A stretch of 64,000 nucleotides of DNA from Camelus dromedarius (GCF_036321535.1 NC_087437.1:95730001-95794000); one strand, 5' to 3'; numbered from the stretch's first letter, positions 13,150-28,612 are shown. Made by a program: numbers and translations. The notes: a model not told the origin generated them from the sequence alone.

Positions 13150-13560
13150 AGAAAACAGGTGCCAGTTTTCACATTCGCAGTAGTTTACAGGTGACTCCTT
13201 CTCCACACCTTTTCTATTACTGCCTTAACATTCTTTTAAAACTTTGTTGATTCATATGTGTACTCTTATAACACATGATTTTACTTTTACATTTTTAATT
13301 TATCTGGAGAGTAAACATATTTACCTAAACAAATTTACCAAAATTTACCATTTTGATTTATGTATGTATGAAACTTGCCCATTCATGTCTTTTTCTCATT
13401 TAATGAGTAGTTAGCCTTGTTTTCTTATTAAATTTTAGATGTCTTTTTCTCTTTGTCTCCCAGTGTGTGCATGTATATTTATGTGTGTGTAAATGTAGGC
13501 TATTACTCCTTTGTCAGTCATATTTGTTTTAAAAATTTTCCCTTTTTTTTTTTTTTTTTT
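13150..13560 (-). mobile_element. Old L1 (L1ME-like) ORF2 3' fragment
   Basis: gccagttttcacattc...ttctccacacct...ttgcccattcatgtctttttctcattt...ctcctttgtcagtcatat. Confidence 0.6.
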
Positions 13561-14217
13561 ACTATTTAGTTATTAATGTGCAATTTCTACTAAAGCAGTT
13601 AAGGAGAAAATGAAGAAGAAAGATATACGACTAGCTGACTCCTACTTAACTGCTACTCCCACAAATTCTTATTAATATTTGTATTTGTCATCCCAGTTTG
13701 CTAAATATCAGTAGTCAGTTTGGAGATATGAAAACATTAGTTTTCTACAGATTGCCTAATATATTTCTCTTTGATCCTTTGATGCTTGGGGAATGGAATT
13801 AAGGGAGTAATATTCCTTAAAGAGTTTGCTTCCAGCATGAGGGTGGTGAATAAGTATATGGCTACCCTTCTGCACAAGGAGATACAGAGTGATGTAGTTT
13901 GAAGTTGCTAACTATTTGGTCATGTAAAAGAAAAAAAGACAAATTAAAAGCATTGGTCAGTGTTTTTGATATTGAACAGTAGGATTATAGGGTACAGGCC
14001 TCTTTGGCTAAAAAATCCATTTAATAAATATTTTTTTTTTTTATTTACAGAGGTACTCCCAGAGTCTACCATAGGTAAGGGAATAGACACTGAAATAGCT
14101 CTGAAATTTGAAAAAATTAAAACCTGAAACTTAAAACCTATTAAAATGTGAACAAAATCTTATCAGTGAAAATAATATATTTAAGAAGATAGTAGCAAAC
14201 AACAAAAAGCTTCTTGA

Positions 14218-14253
<36 letters not shown>

Positions 14254-14379
14254 AACCACCCCTAAAAAAGCAAAAGAATAAATAAGTACTATGCATTATT
14301 CAGCTTTGCACACTTTGCACTTATATTCTAAGTCCTTATTAAATTATTTCTATCTTGACATCCATGGATGGAAGTGACA

Positions 14380-16000
14380 TGATTCAGCTATGATTTGAAG
14401 TTATTACTCTGATAAATGAGTAAAAAATGGTTCATAAAGATAGAAAGCTTAAAGGTAATATAGGTGAGTGTGATAGTCTGGGTGAGTGATAAGAAGGATC
14501 CGAAATAGGTAATGACAAGGGGAATAAGAAGGAAAGAGGAAATTTGATAGATATCTTTAAAAAGTATAATCAATATTCACCAGTTTTATATAAAGAATAG
14601 TTGCAATGAAAGACAGAAATGAAAGATGGCACTGAGATTTTTTTGTTTTGCTAACTAGAAGAATAATGATGCTGTTAACAGAATAAGGAGGTCCTAGGAG
14701 GAAGTCCAGATGATAAAGTATAGGGAAATTCGACAAATTCAGCTTTGAATATATTGGTGTATGGATACCAGAAATCTTTCCCAGCATCTGTTGGAAATTT
14801 ACAAGTGCAGTGGTGCAGACTGGTATTAACTTCTGAACTCATTTACTTGAAGTGACTGCCAAAGCCATGGGAAAACTCAAAATCAAGAGAAAAAAATGCT
14901 ATGGAGGAGGTAATCCAAAATGAGTTGAAGAATGAACACTGAAACTTGCTGACAATGATTAGGAAAGAGGAGTAAAGGTAACAAGCAACAAGAGTATGGA
15001 AATAGTGGAAAGAAGCAAAAAAGCATGTGGTGGTATGGAAGCCAAAGGAGGAAAGAGTTTTAAGAAGGAGGTTGTAATGAATAATTTCAAGTCCTGTAGG
15101 GATATTAAGGAAGGTGTAAAAGGATAAAATGTCTCTGCAAGGACTTCTTGCTTACCTTCAAAAGCAAGTTTTAGTAAAGTACTGGGTAGAAAATGGATTT
15201 TATAGGAATAAGATTTAATGGGTGCTATGGAATACTATTACCAGAAATATGGTGACAGAGAAGAGAGGAGAGATACGGCAGCAAACTGAAGGGACATGCA
15301 TGTAAATAAAGGTTTTATTGTTGTTTTGTTATTAGTACAGAATGGATCCAAACATTCTGCGACTTACTGCAGACACCAGGATGAGAAGATACAGTAATTG
15401 GAACATAGAACAGGAGAAAGTGGGATAAAATGGAGCCTTTGGCACAAATAGTGGCATTAGAGTAAGGGGGAAAAAGGCTGTTGTACTTTGTAGATGAGAA
15501 GGTAGGAGAAATGATGGTTGAAGAAGAAGGATTGAAGTGGAGAGAAGAAATGTGGGAAGTTTTCCATTGTCTCCACTTATTTGCAGAATGATGAGGAGAT
15601 GATCAGAGTAGTTTCAACAGTATTAGAATACAAGAAAGAATTTAGCTGCTTCTTTAGGACTTCAATTATATAGGCAAAATGAGGGTTGCAAAAAAGTAAA
15701 ACTCAATTGTAATTACAGATTTGGAATAAAATTTGATTATGTGGTTTCACGATTTTTTCTAGTAATACTTTGTGACAAGAGGAAAATGGATTGGGTGGGG
15801 AGTTCAGGGAGGGATGAAGCATTCTATTTTCCAGAATTGACAGTATGTAGATGAAAGTAAATTAATGATGCAGAAGATTTAAATCTCTAAAATGATCTAA
15901 CTGAAATAGTGAGTAATGGCTGGAGATCTGGGCATAGTAGCTAGAACACCTATGGTTGGGAAAGTAAGTAGTAGGTCAAGAAGGTAAATTCCACCATCAA
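14380..16000 (-). mobile_element. L2 body (decayed)
   Basis: Purine-rich tract with antisense L2 motifs aaattcagctttgaatatattgg and gtggtatggaagccaaaggaggaaagagttttaagaagg. Confidence 0.65.
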
Positions 16001-16049
16001 ATTGATGAGTAAGTTTGCATCTTGGGTAAAATATATACATTCTCATTTA

Positions 16050-18060
16050 GTTTTATCATTCCCAAAACTCCGCTAAAATAATGGTCAATAAATATTTTTA
16101 AGACCTAAATCTACAGCACAAAGACAATGCAAGCAAAGAAAACAGCAAAAAAAAAAAAAAAAAAAAAAGGAAACTGGAAAGCAGATGGGTGAGGGACTGG
16201 TGAATGATATAGCAGTCTTAAGAAAGCAGACCCTAATCAGCAGTTAAGAAAGCCTTGAAGTAATTATTTCATATCAGAAATTCCTTCAATGCACAAGTGT
16301 TTGTCCAATTCCAGTGGTATTAGGACACCAGGAAAGTTATCAGAGCACTAAATAACTTCTTCCACTTTTGTACAGCTGCTTCTGTCCAAGCCCATAGAAC
16401 ACCAGAGCTCTTGTTCACTCTCTGGAGTAGGTAAAGCAAAGGCCTCCAGCCCAGCTGAGGAAAGAGAGATGGAAAATAATGGATTTAACTGAAAGCTTAT
16501 GAATCAGACAGCAAAGGAAAGAGTCTGATATGCAGCCTGTCACCAAGTCTTCAGGCAGAAAAAGCAACTTTAAGAAAAAGAAACTATGAAAAAAAAGAAA
16601 AGAAAAAGAAACCATGCAATAAGAAACTTGCAGAAAGAAAACTCATTTATAAATTTATAGAGACAAGAAATATTGTATTCAAAAAAGAACAGTAAACAAA
16701 TAAAAATAGCTTTTGGCAATTAAAAATATGAGGGCCAAAAAATGAATAACTTCCCGGGAGGGATGGAATTTAAAGTTGAGAAAATCTTCCAGAAAGTACC
16801 TGCAGACTGAAAAAAAAAACTCTGAGAAACTAAAAAAGAAAACAAAAAAAAAATTAAAGGATTGGACTAGGAGGCCTAATAGCTGAGCAATATGAGTTCT
16901 AGAAAGACACGACAAAGGAAAGGAGAGGAAGGAATTATCAAATAAATGATTTAAGATATTCCCACAATTCTATATTTCTCAATTGAATAGCCAACTAGTC
17001 GCCCAGTAAAATTTATGAAAATTGATGCATTCCCAGTTCCACAGTGAAATTTCTGAATACTGTGGACAGATATTTATCTACAGATTTCCAAACAGGAAAA
17101 AAAGAAATGTTTTTATACAAAGGAAAAAGAAACAAGAGTCGTATCAAACTACCCAACAGTACTCAACACTAGAAGCTAAAAGATGATGGGATATTGCACC
17201 AAAACTCTGAGGAAAATTTTCCATCTCAAAATTAACTGCACAGTTAAACTATCAAATAAGTTTAAAGGTAGAAAAAAACCTTTTCAGACTTACAAGCTCA
17301 AAAAACTGATTGAATTGAACCCCATTTCAGAAAGATAACCACCTTTGTTATCAGGGAGTGAATGGAAAGGGTAACATGAGATCCAGGAAAAAGAATATCC
17401 CACACCGGAGAAGTGTCGGGTACCCCCAGAATGACGGTGAAGGGAAATTCCGACACAACAGCTGTGTAGCCTTAGAAATTATCAATTCAGTTTGGGGAAG
17501 GGTAAAAAGCTGCGGAAGAGATTTCTGAAAGAGGATTAGAGATAATAGAAGAATTAATATATTTGAAAATATTAAAAGGAAATGTTTTCAACTCGGTGAA
17601 CATTTGCATTGAATTGAAAACTGCAAATGCTGAAAACAATACAATTAATTTCCGGTAAAACAAAAAGTTGGGCAAAGAAAGAAACGTATAATATTTTACA
17701 TGAGTCAGCTATAAATATCGACAAAGATAAACTGTTTCAAACACTGAATAATGATCTAATAAAATTTAAATCAGAACTATATTGGGAAAATATTTTTTTG
17801 CCTAAAGTGGATATGGTGAAAAGGCTAAGTCCTAAGCGTTCATATAGAAATAATCAATAGATAATATCTAGTAGATAAAAATCAAAAGGTGTTAATATCA
17901 AATTATTTATAGAAAAGAAGATATATTTTTAAAAATTTGCTAATAGAGATGGGGAACAGGAAATGAGTCAACCCAAAAAGCCTTGTAAACGATTTGACCT
18001 TTTAAAATATGCACTATAACCTTGTGAAAATAATCACTTTTTAAGTAAGTTTTTAAGAGT
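16050..18060 (+). mobile_element. HAL1 / old L1 ORF1-containing element
   Basis: A-rich, with decayed ORF1 C-terminal motifs agaagctaaaagatgatggga and gttaaactatcaaataagtttaaaggtagaaaaaaaccttttcagac. No ORF2 follows. Sits between L2-like sequence on both sides. Confidence 0.55.
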
Positions 18061-20079
18061 GAAGTAACATAGTACTGAAAGTACAAGAGATTGTAGGAAA
18101 ATGTTAGGTTGAAGATTTTGGAGGAGGAAAAATTTAAAAAGATATCGGAGTCAAATTGTGGCTGTGGTGCTTGGGGGCAAGAAGTAAATGCAGTTGAAGC
18201 TCCAGAGGCTGAAGACATTGAGAAACTGGTAACAAAGTATTTGAAGGATCAGTGTAGGGAAGATGTTGTGAGCAGCTCCAACTTTCAGGAAAAGCACTAA
18301 TGAAAAAATTCAAAGGCAAGGACTCAGTTTTCTGATTAATAGCTCTATCTGTGAGGGGAAAAATGAATCACATGATTTAAAACTAAAGCCATGAGGCAAA
18401 TGAGAGTTGGAAATTTGAACTAAATTATAAGAACTCTTGAGCTAGAAGCTCACTAAAGTATTAAATACTGGCATTCAAATAATTTTCTCATGAATTTTCT
18501 CCTCTAATTCATATGCCCACATGCTTATATGAGTCTCAAAACAAGCATTCTCATGAAGAGGGAAGGTTTCACCATTTTTCACAAAACTGAAGTACAAGAA
18601 AGGTTGGACTTACCTCTCCATCAGGTGTCATTGGACAGTCTGTGCTCATATTCTGCCTTCCAAGATAGAGACATAGCCAAGGATAAACATTTCATCAGTC
18701 TCAAATCATACTAAATGTATAATTGGAAATTGTTTCTTTGCCTCACACTTTTGATACCATCTTTATATTTTTATCATTCTAATTAAAATTAGATCAAAAT
18801 GTGAGATAAATGTGTTTACTGTTTTGTCACAGTTTATTTGGCTAAGAATAATGAAAACCAAACATGCGCTGTCTGTAAAAGCTTTATAGAATAGTCTGAA
18901 GTATTGAAAGAAGCAGGCTAACATAGGTGGGCTACTAATGTCACCTAACTCTTTTTTTAAGAGTTTACAGCTAGTGTTTTTATGGGAGTGATAGAACCTG
19001 GGGGCAAACCATTTTCATTTTATCTATTTATTAATTTTTAGCACTTTAGCCAACAACTGTAACAAATTGCCATGGGGAAAGGGGAAATGAAATGAGAAAA
19101 CACGGCGATTCTTTGATTCTATCCTGTTTGTCATACTAAAGCCACGAACAAACAAATGGTATAAGGGGTCGTTGAGGGAGAAAAAGTACAGAATTCCATG
19201 GTGGAAATTTTATAATCACTTCCCTAAAAATAGCTACATTTTAATTGCCAAAGAAAAAAATCTACATACATAAGAACCATTGTGGAAAATGAACCATTGT
19301 GATGAAGGAAACAGAGAAATTAAATTCAAATCAGAGTATTTGCTTAATAGCTTAAGCAGTTGCTAATGTTTATATGTTACAACGTGAATTATAATGCTTA
19401 GATAATGAATTTGTTGCTTTTTGAAAAGTCATGAGCATTTTAACTCATGACTTCTCATACTGAACAGATATGCAAATATTGTTAAGATGATTGTCTATTT
19501 TACAATAAGGTTAATTTTGGTAAAAGGCACATTAACTCTATAATCATAATAGGGCTAATCAAGACTGGGCTTGATAAAGAAAGCAACAAAGGTAAGTGCT
19601 AAAGAAAAAAAATAGCCAATTTGGATAATTAAGGCCAATACAATAATTTTTGTTTTTAAATAGAAGGGTTGGATTCTTTTGGCCCAATGTAAAATGAAAA
19701 ACAGATGATTTCTTTTCACTTACCTTCTTTGGGGGAACTTATTAAATATATTCTGATTGTGTATTATTGTGGGTGTGAAGATAGTAAGGGAATCGTGAAA
19801 GTAGATAGTTACTATCTAATGCTGAGTATCTATTATGCTAAAATATGTAATAAAACTTCCATGGCTTATATTTACTTCAGTCCTTATTTCTTTCCATATA
19901 ATAACAATTATATTAAAATATTTGAAGATAGATGCATACTAGATTCAGTGCACTAATTAGAAGCTAAATTAAATATTCATTTTTAACATTAAAAAGCTTT
20001 TTGATGCTTATTCATTTTAAGATATTCTTTTAAAATAGGACATAATTCAATGTAATTCTGAATATACACTGTAGTTCAA

Positions 20080-20210
20080 CCATAGACTCGGAATTTTGAA
20101 ACTGGAAGGGACCTCAGATCTCATAGGGTGCTAACTGTTCATGTTTCACCAGAGAGAATTGAGGCTCAGAGAGTTTATGAGGTTTGACCAAAGTCACACT
20201 GTTAATTGCA
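20080..20210 (-). mobile_element. MIR fragment
   Basis: ctggaagggacctcagatc...attgaggctcagagagtttatgaggtttgaccaaagtcacac. Confidence 0.75.
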
Positions 20211-20439
20211 TAATAATTCTCTGGAGACATTGTGTACCTTACATTTCACAAATATAAAAGCATACATGTATTGACAACTGACAAACAAAGGCTTAAAGTT
20301 ATAACATGGCTGGCCTAAAAGCATACAACTATTTGATGGAAGATCTGGGGCTCAAACCTAAATATAATTTTATTTATTTCTGCACATCTCCTACAGTGTT
20401 TGGTTATGTCTAAACTTCACCGGTTTCATATAATTAAAT

Positions 20440-21760
20440 ATTCACCTGAATGTTTCTGAGCTCCAGATTTTTGTTTCCGACTGCCTATTTGACATTTCCA
20501 CTTAAAGTATCACAGACATCTCAACTTTAATATATCCAAAATTAAACTTATGATTTGCTCCTATTCAAATTGATTTCTTATTCCCACTTTACAGAATTTT
20601 CATCTCAGTTAATGGTACAATCATGCCTCCCAGCCCTGTGCTAAAGCCAGAAACTTAGCAATAATTAAATTCTCCCTTTTTCTCACTCTCCACATTTAAG
20701 CCATGTTGGCAGCAATTCTTAAATATACCTTGAATGTGTTGTCTGTTTTCTTTTGCCATTGTCATCACCTTAACCCAGAACATTCTCAATTATCTTGCCT
20801 CTGTTATCAGCTGATCACCACCACTACTGTGACATCCTTTCCATTCTCCACATAACAGGCTCAGTTGTCTGCTGAGAGAGTAAAGGAAATTATGTGACTC
20901 CCCTGCCAAAGAACCTTGAATAGATCTCCTTACATTTAGAATAAAATTAAACTACTTAGAGCCTATAAGGACTTCCTGACCTAACTGCAGTTAACACTCT
21001 CCCCACCAGTCATAATTTTCTAGTTATTCTGTCTTCTTTCAGTTTCTTGAACACTTGAAGGCTTTTCCACTTTGGACCTTGAGCATTTCCTTTTGACTGG
21101 GTCATTCCTCCCCTTATTTTTCTCATGGTGGTAGCTAATGACTACTATGGCCCCAAATGAACCGTGTCTCCTGGTATTCATGGCCTTGTGTTATCCCTTC
21201 CCTTTTAGTTACTTTCTTTTGACCAATAGAATAGCTCAACCTAGAGGAGATTTCACTTCCATTTGCCATGTTGGCAAATCAGGTGGTAAGGACTCAAGGC
21301 AGATCCTGACAAAAGCTATCTACTAAAGTCCTGAGTCCAATAACCCAAACAGAATTGAATCTTGTGAACAATCACATAATTGAGGTTGGGAGAGGATCCT
21401 TTCCACAGTCAAGCCTCCAGATGAGACATTAGCCCTGACAGACACCTTGATTACAGTCTTCTGAGAAACCTCAAGGCAGAGAATCAAGTTAAGCCTATAC
21501 AAGACTCTAGACAGAGAAACTGTGAAATAATAAGTGTGTGTTGCTTTAAATCACTAATGTAGAAATAAATACATAATACATCTTCTCAAGGAAGACTTCA
21601 GTGACTACCTTAAAGTAGATCACTCTCTACATTAACCATTCCTTTAATTTTAATGTCACCTATTAAAACTTGAATTGATTTGTCTACTCATTTTTCTGCA
21701 TACTTTTTTGGTCAGGCTCCCCTACACAAGTGTGAAGTCTCTGAGTTTGCAATAAGATAT
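20440..21760 (+). mobile_element. L2 (interrupted by MLT1)
   Basis: ctgagctccaga...ctgcctatttgacatttccact...catctcaactttaatatatccaaaa. Resumes after 21580 with tcttctcaaggaagacttcagtgactacc. Confidence 0.8.
21126..21580 (+). mobile_element. MLT1 (MaLR) solo LTR
   Basis: atggccccaaatgaacc...ctcctggtattcatggccttgtg...gcctccagatgaga...gacaccttgattacagtctt...gaaactgtgaaataataagtgtgtgttgctttaa...taataca. Confidence 0.85.
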
Positions 21761-24700
21761 GTATGCATCACTGGATTATATATGATCCAGCTTTCCTTTT
21801 TGTTTCTTTCTGGACCAGGGTGCTTATGACTGTGTGGTCATTAGGGTCATAGCATTCTCATTTCAAGATATTGGAGTCTTCCTTCATTGTTATTGTATTC
21901 CAGTATGTGCTTGGTTTCCTGGAATAAAACGCCTATTCAGCGTCATATTCTGAAGGGAAATAAAGGCATGGTTAGAGTTTGAGGTTAGATGTATTTCACA
22001 ATTTTACTATTTCTTTGGTTGTCTATATAAACAAGATAAGGTAACATAGCAATGTTTGGTGAATTCAATCAACATAGATAGTGTGGTCAATCTGTATTAT
22101 TCATGCCTTAACAATTGTCTTTCTCTGACATGCAGAGAAATATTTTTTGCTTGGTTAATCAGGATAATTGCTTTACTTCTCCACTTCACTTTGCTTTTGT
22201 AGACATAGTCAGAGACCAGAAAGGCTAAACCCTCCTTGAACCCTGCAGATAATTCAGAAGACTTCCATCTTGCATGCAACTCCACAGAATATTAATTCCT
22301 CTTCTTTTGGGAATATTTGCAACTTAAGTGTCTCAATAGTTCGTGTGAAGCAGCTGTCAAGATTGTCTGATTCTACATTTTCAAAGCACATTCTAACTGT
22401 CATAATGCATTCAAGTCTTTGCTCACAGTTATTTTAAGTAATTCTGAATAGATTTATAGCCCTAAAGCTTAGTAGAAGATGTTGAATTATTTTATTTATT
22501 TTCCTTTGTTTATGGTTTTTCCAAAAAGTTATTTTCCCAATGTGGTCTAATAACTGATAATAATTACCATGGCCCTCTGTTTGACCTACCTGTTGCTATC
22601 CAAATGACAATCTGACTATGTCAACAGCTTAATTAAAAAGATGAGCTTAGAAAAACTGGACATTAGCACGTTGATATTTCATTGAAATTAATGCTATCCT
22701 TTACGTTAATTTTCACATTTTCTTTTCTTTCATTCAATCCACTGGCAAACTATAGCAAGTGGAGTGAGTTGAATATGGACCCCAATTTTGCACCAAGAAC
22801 TAAAAGGCACACTTATCAAAATTGTAGATATTATTTTTCCAGACTTAAGCCATTTCTTATAGGCTTCTGTCATAAGGGAGAATGTTATGACTGTATTTGC
22901 ATTTCAATTTTATAAGGGAGTAGCTGAAAACTGTAACTGTAAAATATTTTTAACTATTTCAAGGTTATTGTCATTAGTATTTCCTGTAACTAAATTATAA
23001 GTCTGAATTTCTCCATCATCAGAATTTGCCTAATGTGTTAAAAGAAAATAGATAACTTAAAATAATTCATTTTAGTCACATTTTTCTTTCTTGCACTGTA
23101 ATGAAGCAAATCTATTCATAGTTTAGTTAAACATTTTAAAGAAATAATTTCTATTGATTAGGAAAATTTTGTATATAGCTTTTAGGTCAAATTATCAATT
23201 ATACTAATGGTATGATGACGTTAATTTAACTTCCACTAATGAGTGAAAAGGATATTTGAGACAACTGAACGACTCTGTGGCACAATCTTCTGTGTGCAGT
23301 AAAATCTCAGTTGTATATAGTGCCAGGAGTGGTACAGAAGACACAATTACAGAGGCCTCGCTGATGTATGGATAGTTGGGATAGTGATCAAAGCTTTCCC
23401 AGGACATTCAAAAGCTCTGTATCCAACTGAAAAATGAATCAGAGAATTGAAACCCTAAATTTAGTAAATTGGGCTAATAATAGTAAAACAATCAATTTTG
23501 ACTGATTAAGTCATTTAATTGGTCCTAAGAGTTTTTGATGGGTTTTTTTTTTTTTTTTGGTACTTATATATTTATTTATTTTGCTATTTGGATCATAATA
23601 TCTTTTATTTACCCCAGTTAGTATAAGACATAGCAAACTGTGGTTGTGAGAAATGACTTTCAGGAGGTTCCTGGAGACGGAGGTTTCATAATACCTCTGT
23701 TACAGTAAATGGGGTAGGGCCAGAATATTTTTCTTCTCTGCAGCTGAGATATTACTTCTCTGTGATAAAGTGTTAATAAAAATTAACTGTTGTGCTCACA
23801 TCTTCTGACACATTAAAAATAATTGCTCTTCAAGTAGCTTATAGCATGACCTCTCAAAAGCAAATTAGACATTAGTACTCAACATTGTCAAGCTGCTCGT
23901 AATATATATTGATACATCAGCATTTCACAGGGCCCTGAACTGTATATATTTCCAAAACTCACTGCAATTCCCCAAAGAGATCATATCTAAAACAGGTGGC
24001 ATGCTTCAACTGTTACTGAAATTTTTTCTGAAATTTTAGGATGAATTAAGTAAATCCTATCCTGTGTGTGCTAGTCTGTGAAACCAGTGATTTTTCTCTC
24101 TTTGGTGTTGAGACTGAGGATGTAAGTCATTAGTAAGTAAGCTCAAAGTGACCAATGTCCGATAAAAGTATAATGCTTCATGTCTTTCTCTTAAAACTAC
24201 CCCTTTTTTTCTCATTTCATTGAAATGGGGATTGAAATCAATACTCTCTAAATCAAACATCCCCTTTACTCATCATAATGGGTATACTGTTTAGTGTGAT
24301 GTCTTGTTGTCCAGTCTTTCCAAGATACGTTCCTCCCATTTTTTCATTTTGAAGTTTTTGGAAGTTAATGAAGCCCTCTGTGTAGCTCCCATCTTCAGAA
24401 AACACTCTATAGAACAGACTTCCACAGTGTGTTCTAATCTCTTTTGGTACAAATGGTCAGCAGGGCATAAATTTTTGCCCTGATGCTTTATTTTTTGAAC
24501 ATTTTTATATAGCTGGAAAAGGCTAGACCCCCATGGAATCTTATCAAAATGCTGCAGAGTGCTCAAATGCATTATATTATTGGTATTAATAAGATGAAAA
24601 ATTAGTCACTGCAACAGACACTGGGAAATGTTTCAAATCACAGAGAGAGGCTTTCTTCAGGATAGAGCTGAAAGAAAATAGGACAGCAGGGGAATAGATC

Positions 24701-26319
24701 TGAGGAGGTTTTTAAAAGTATGGAAACCAAACAAAGGTTTTGGTGAATAACAGTTTCCTATTGGATTAAATTAAATTGTGTGTGGCAGGGGTGTGTGTGG
24801 TGTATGTAAAGACAATAAAGGATAGGTTTCCATATGACAATTAAGTTGAGAACTGAAGTAAGTTTGGACTAGAAATATAATTAATAAATCCAACTGTTTT
24901 ATTTTCCCCCCTTGGAATTTTTCTTGAATTTCTTCAGTTATTAATTTGTATATCTACTGGCTTTCTGAACATAAGAAACTACGTGAGTAGATTTTTACTT
25001 AACTACAATTTAGATAGACAAACATTTTTAAATTTGATTACTACCTAAGCAAAAGCAAGTAAATATTTAAGGAAATTATCAGGGATTTTTAATTTAGAAG
25101 TTGCTATTAGAAAGTACTTCACTGAAATTTTACTTGTTTTTATATTGACTCTCTACGTAGCCCGAATATATTAGGCAGTTGACAAATTTATTTTATCTGT
25201 AGGTAAAAGCAAAAGGCAATTGAAATATTTTAGAAAAAATGGTTAATAGATATATTCTTTTTTTTTTCAATGAGACTGTAAATTCACACTGATATGTTTA
25301 TAGTGTGAATATTTAGTAAGTAAACTATAATTGCTGGATAAATGAATGAAGAAACCCCTGGAAAATAGATTGAACATTTTTCTTTTTGTTGACAAAATAC
25401 AAATCCTATCTAAATGCTAATTAAAATGTTACTTCACAAAGTTTCAGAGTCAAATTATTCATACGTATTGCTCAAACTTCAAGATGGGCAAGATTGATAG
25501 CCACTATGTTGTGACAGGTGAAGCAGAAGAAAAATGATGGCCATACATCTGACAAACCTAGCAACAACAGACACAAACTGATTACCAGCTCAAGAGGTGA
25601 TTGCCTCCTAAAGTCAAGAATAAATATAACAATAGAAATAAAGAAGTATCAAAAAAAAAAAATCCCTAAGAGTAAAGCAGATGCCAGAGCAGAATTCTAT
25701 ATGCTTGCTCTATAGCCTTGGAAGAGGTAAAGAAATATAAGTCACAATATATTGGGTCCTGAGAATTAAATGCTTATATCTATTGATGGGAGTGGGGGTG
25801 GGGGGTAGTGGTGAGTAATTCTAAGGAATTGTGTGCAAATAATTGATAAGGATAAGAGAGGGTATTTTATTATATTCAGATGTGCATAAAGTTAATATGG
25901 GCATTTACATATTGAGGAAGGAAAGGAAATTGTGCTCAACTCCTAATTGTGCAAATGGGAAATTTCATTCCTAAAGTCTGTGTAGAGGAATTTAAGAAAA
26001 AGATCCCTACATTATTCTAAATTAGCCATGCAAATCACTCTACTCTCGGAAACCAACAGCAGGGCACAAAACTTCTCCTCTTTCCATGATTTTTATTTCA
26101 GTTGATGGCAGTGCCATCTACACTGGAAAGCTAAGGACGACCCCTAGCTCTGCCTTGGCTTTAGCACTGTTCAAGTGTTACTAGTCATACACGGTTTTAC
26201 ATTGAAAGAGAAGTCTTCAAAGTTTCCATAGAAAATGTAATATCCCCTGCTTCTCATAGCATGAATTACCATTCATCTGTAGAATAGCTTTCTTTTATTT
26301 TGTCTCATTTGTTCTTCAT

Positions 26320-26470
26320 AACCTTTAGTTGGCTCAGCATTATTAGCCTTATTTTAAAGATAAGGGAATGGAAAGTTGAAGTCAATGGTTTGCTTTCCTG
26401 TGTTGACATAGTTAGCAAATAACATAGCCAGGTTTATAATTCAGACCAGTAATTCTAGGTTTGATGTTCT
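26320..26470 (-). mobile_element. MIR fragment
   Basis: attattagccttattttaaagataagggaatggaa...acatagttagcaaat...gccaggtttataattcag. Confidence 0.6.
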
Positions 26471-28292
26471 TTTATTTTATCTACCCCTTTCTGACTATTA
26501 ATTACAGTAATCTTTAGCTACAGTCATTCAGAGACCAAAGCTGATGCAGCAGCCACCATCGTGAGCCTTGGTAGTCATCATATCAGATGAAATAGAGTGC
26601 TCTGGAAGTATTTTTAATGTGCCAAAGGTCTAAATTGTGCATTAAGTTCCAGAACTGGCCACAGCGTCAACATATGAGTAGTGTCTTATTTGATTATCTG
26701 TAAAAATTTTCCACCAAATGGGTGAGGTTGAAAAACCAGTATGTACATGAATTATATCTAGGTTCAATAGATCACATTAGCTACATTGCGTGTAGCCAAT
26801 CATAGCAAGGGAATAAACGACACTAATCCTAGGGGAACCAGTCTCAGAAATGGAAGTCCGCATCACAGATGAATAAATTCTGAACTTCCATAGCTTGATG
26901 ACTCTTGCTCCTGTTGCAGAGGTAAATGCTGTTCCCTTATTCTTCCGTCATTCGAAAGAGCCCAAATCTCTGAACATCACTTAGATGAGAGCCCTCCTGT
27001 TGAATGCAGTCCACAGTGACAGTGTAGGCAGCTGCCAGAAAAAGAGCCTCCATATCTACCAGGAAATTATGCTCCACTGGTTGGGGCCTTGGGAGTGGGA
27101 GCAACGCCTAGAGGTTAAGGCACTTTACTTGTAACCCAAAGGATTACAATGTGACTCAGTTTATGGTTGGTCTTAGATCTCACAGAGCATTGACAGACTT
27201 GCACTGATAATAGAACACTCTAGCTCAGAAGGGACTTCTATCACTTTTACAAACAAATCGTTGAGTATAATTAATGGCATGTCCCCATGGAACCATAAGA
27301 TCCCAGGAAGTAAGATTCTATTATGTGCTAGGAAGTAGAGAGAGCTGGGAATATTTCATGGCCTGAAATTCAGATTGCTTCTTGACCATTTGTGAACTCA
27401 GTTTTAAAAGCAGAAAAGAGTTTTAAAAGCCAAGTTATCTACCTTTTTTTTTTTTCTCATTGTATGTTGCAACTTGTTGGATTTTTGATTCCTCTTCTCC
27501 TGCTAATGCCTAGTACCTACATGCTCCTTAAACTACAATTTGTTCTTTCAACATAAAACTCTCTCATAACTTTCCTAGCCCAAAATAATACTGTTCAGAC
27601 ACCCCTGCTGTTATCTATGCTCTAGCATCCCAATTGCTTCCTAATCTATTTGTTTGCTGATCCCACAATGCTCAGAATTTCCAAGTTGAATTTTCACAAT
27701 ACTGCATGAGAACACACCTCTCCAATGGTATTCTTAAAATTTCTAGCAGCAGTGTTGGCTGAGGGGAAAGCATTTCCAAACAGAAAGCACACACTGGGTC
27801 ATGATCATACAACTCTTACAGGGAGGTCTCAAAACTCTTTGACTAGAAGCTGAGATGAAATTCCTGATTTTTGCCATTTTCTGTGATTGTACTATTTCAT
27901 TGCATCGAGGAAGTAGAACTCCTCAGAAAGAAATTGATCCCATGTATAAGCTGGAGCAGTAGGTGAAATCTGAACACCTGCCGAAGAAACTATTGAAAGT
28001 GTCTTACCTTTCCTCTATTCAGCAGGGAGTCCTAAGCTTTGTGGAGGATCAAGGTTGATTCTCTGTATCTGCCCACAAATCATCAAGCACTGAATTAGGT
28101 TACTGTTTAGAACTGGACACTGCCTCTCTTAATTGCATAATGCACTTAAGTCACTCAATTTATTCATTCAACTCACCCTTAGCCTCAGTGCTCAAAATTA
28201 ATATAATCTGCAAGATGAATATAAAGAGGTTTTTCTACTCATACACTGAAAATTAGATAATAATCTAATTCTAATCTTGGTTTTCTAGCAGA

Positions 28293-28612
28293 ACACTGTT
28301 CAGCAGAAACATAAAATGAGCTACATACGTAATTTTACATTTCTCAGTAACCACCTCAACAGACTGTAAAAAGAAAGGTGAATTCATTTTAATGATATGT
28401 TTTATTTAACAAAATATATTTATTTTTGCACATTTCAGGATGCAGTCAATATAAAAAATTTCTATGAGGTATTTTTGCATAATTTTTTTTTGTTCCAAGC
28501 CTTTGAAAGCAGGAGTATATTTTAGACTTACAGCACTTCTCAAGTTAGACTAGACCCATTTCAACTGCTCAATAGCCACATGTGGTTAGTGGCTACCATA
28601 TTGAATATTGCT
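28293..28612. mobile_element. MER33 (hAT-Charlie) DNA element
   Basis: cagcacttctcaagttagactagacccatttcaactgctcaatagccacatgtggttagtggctaccatattg; about 320 bp long. Confidence 0.8.
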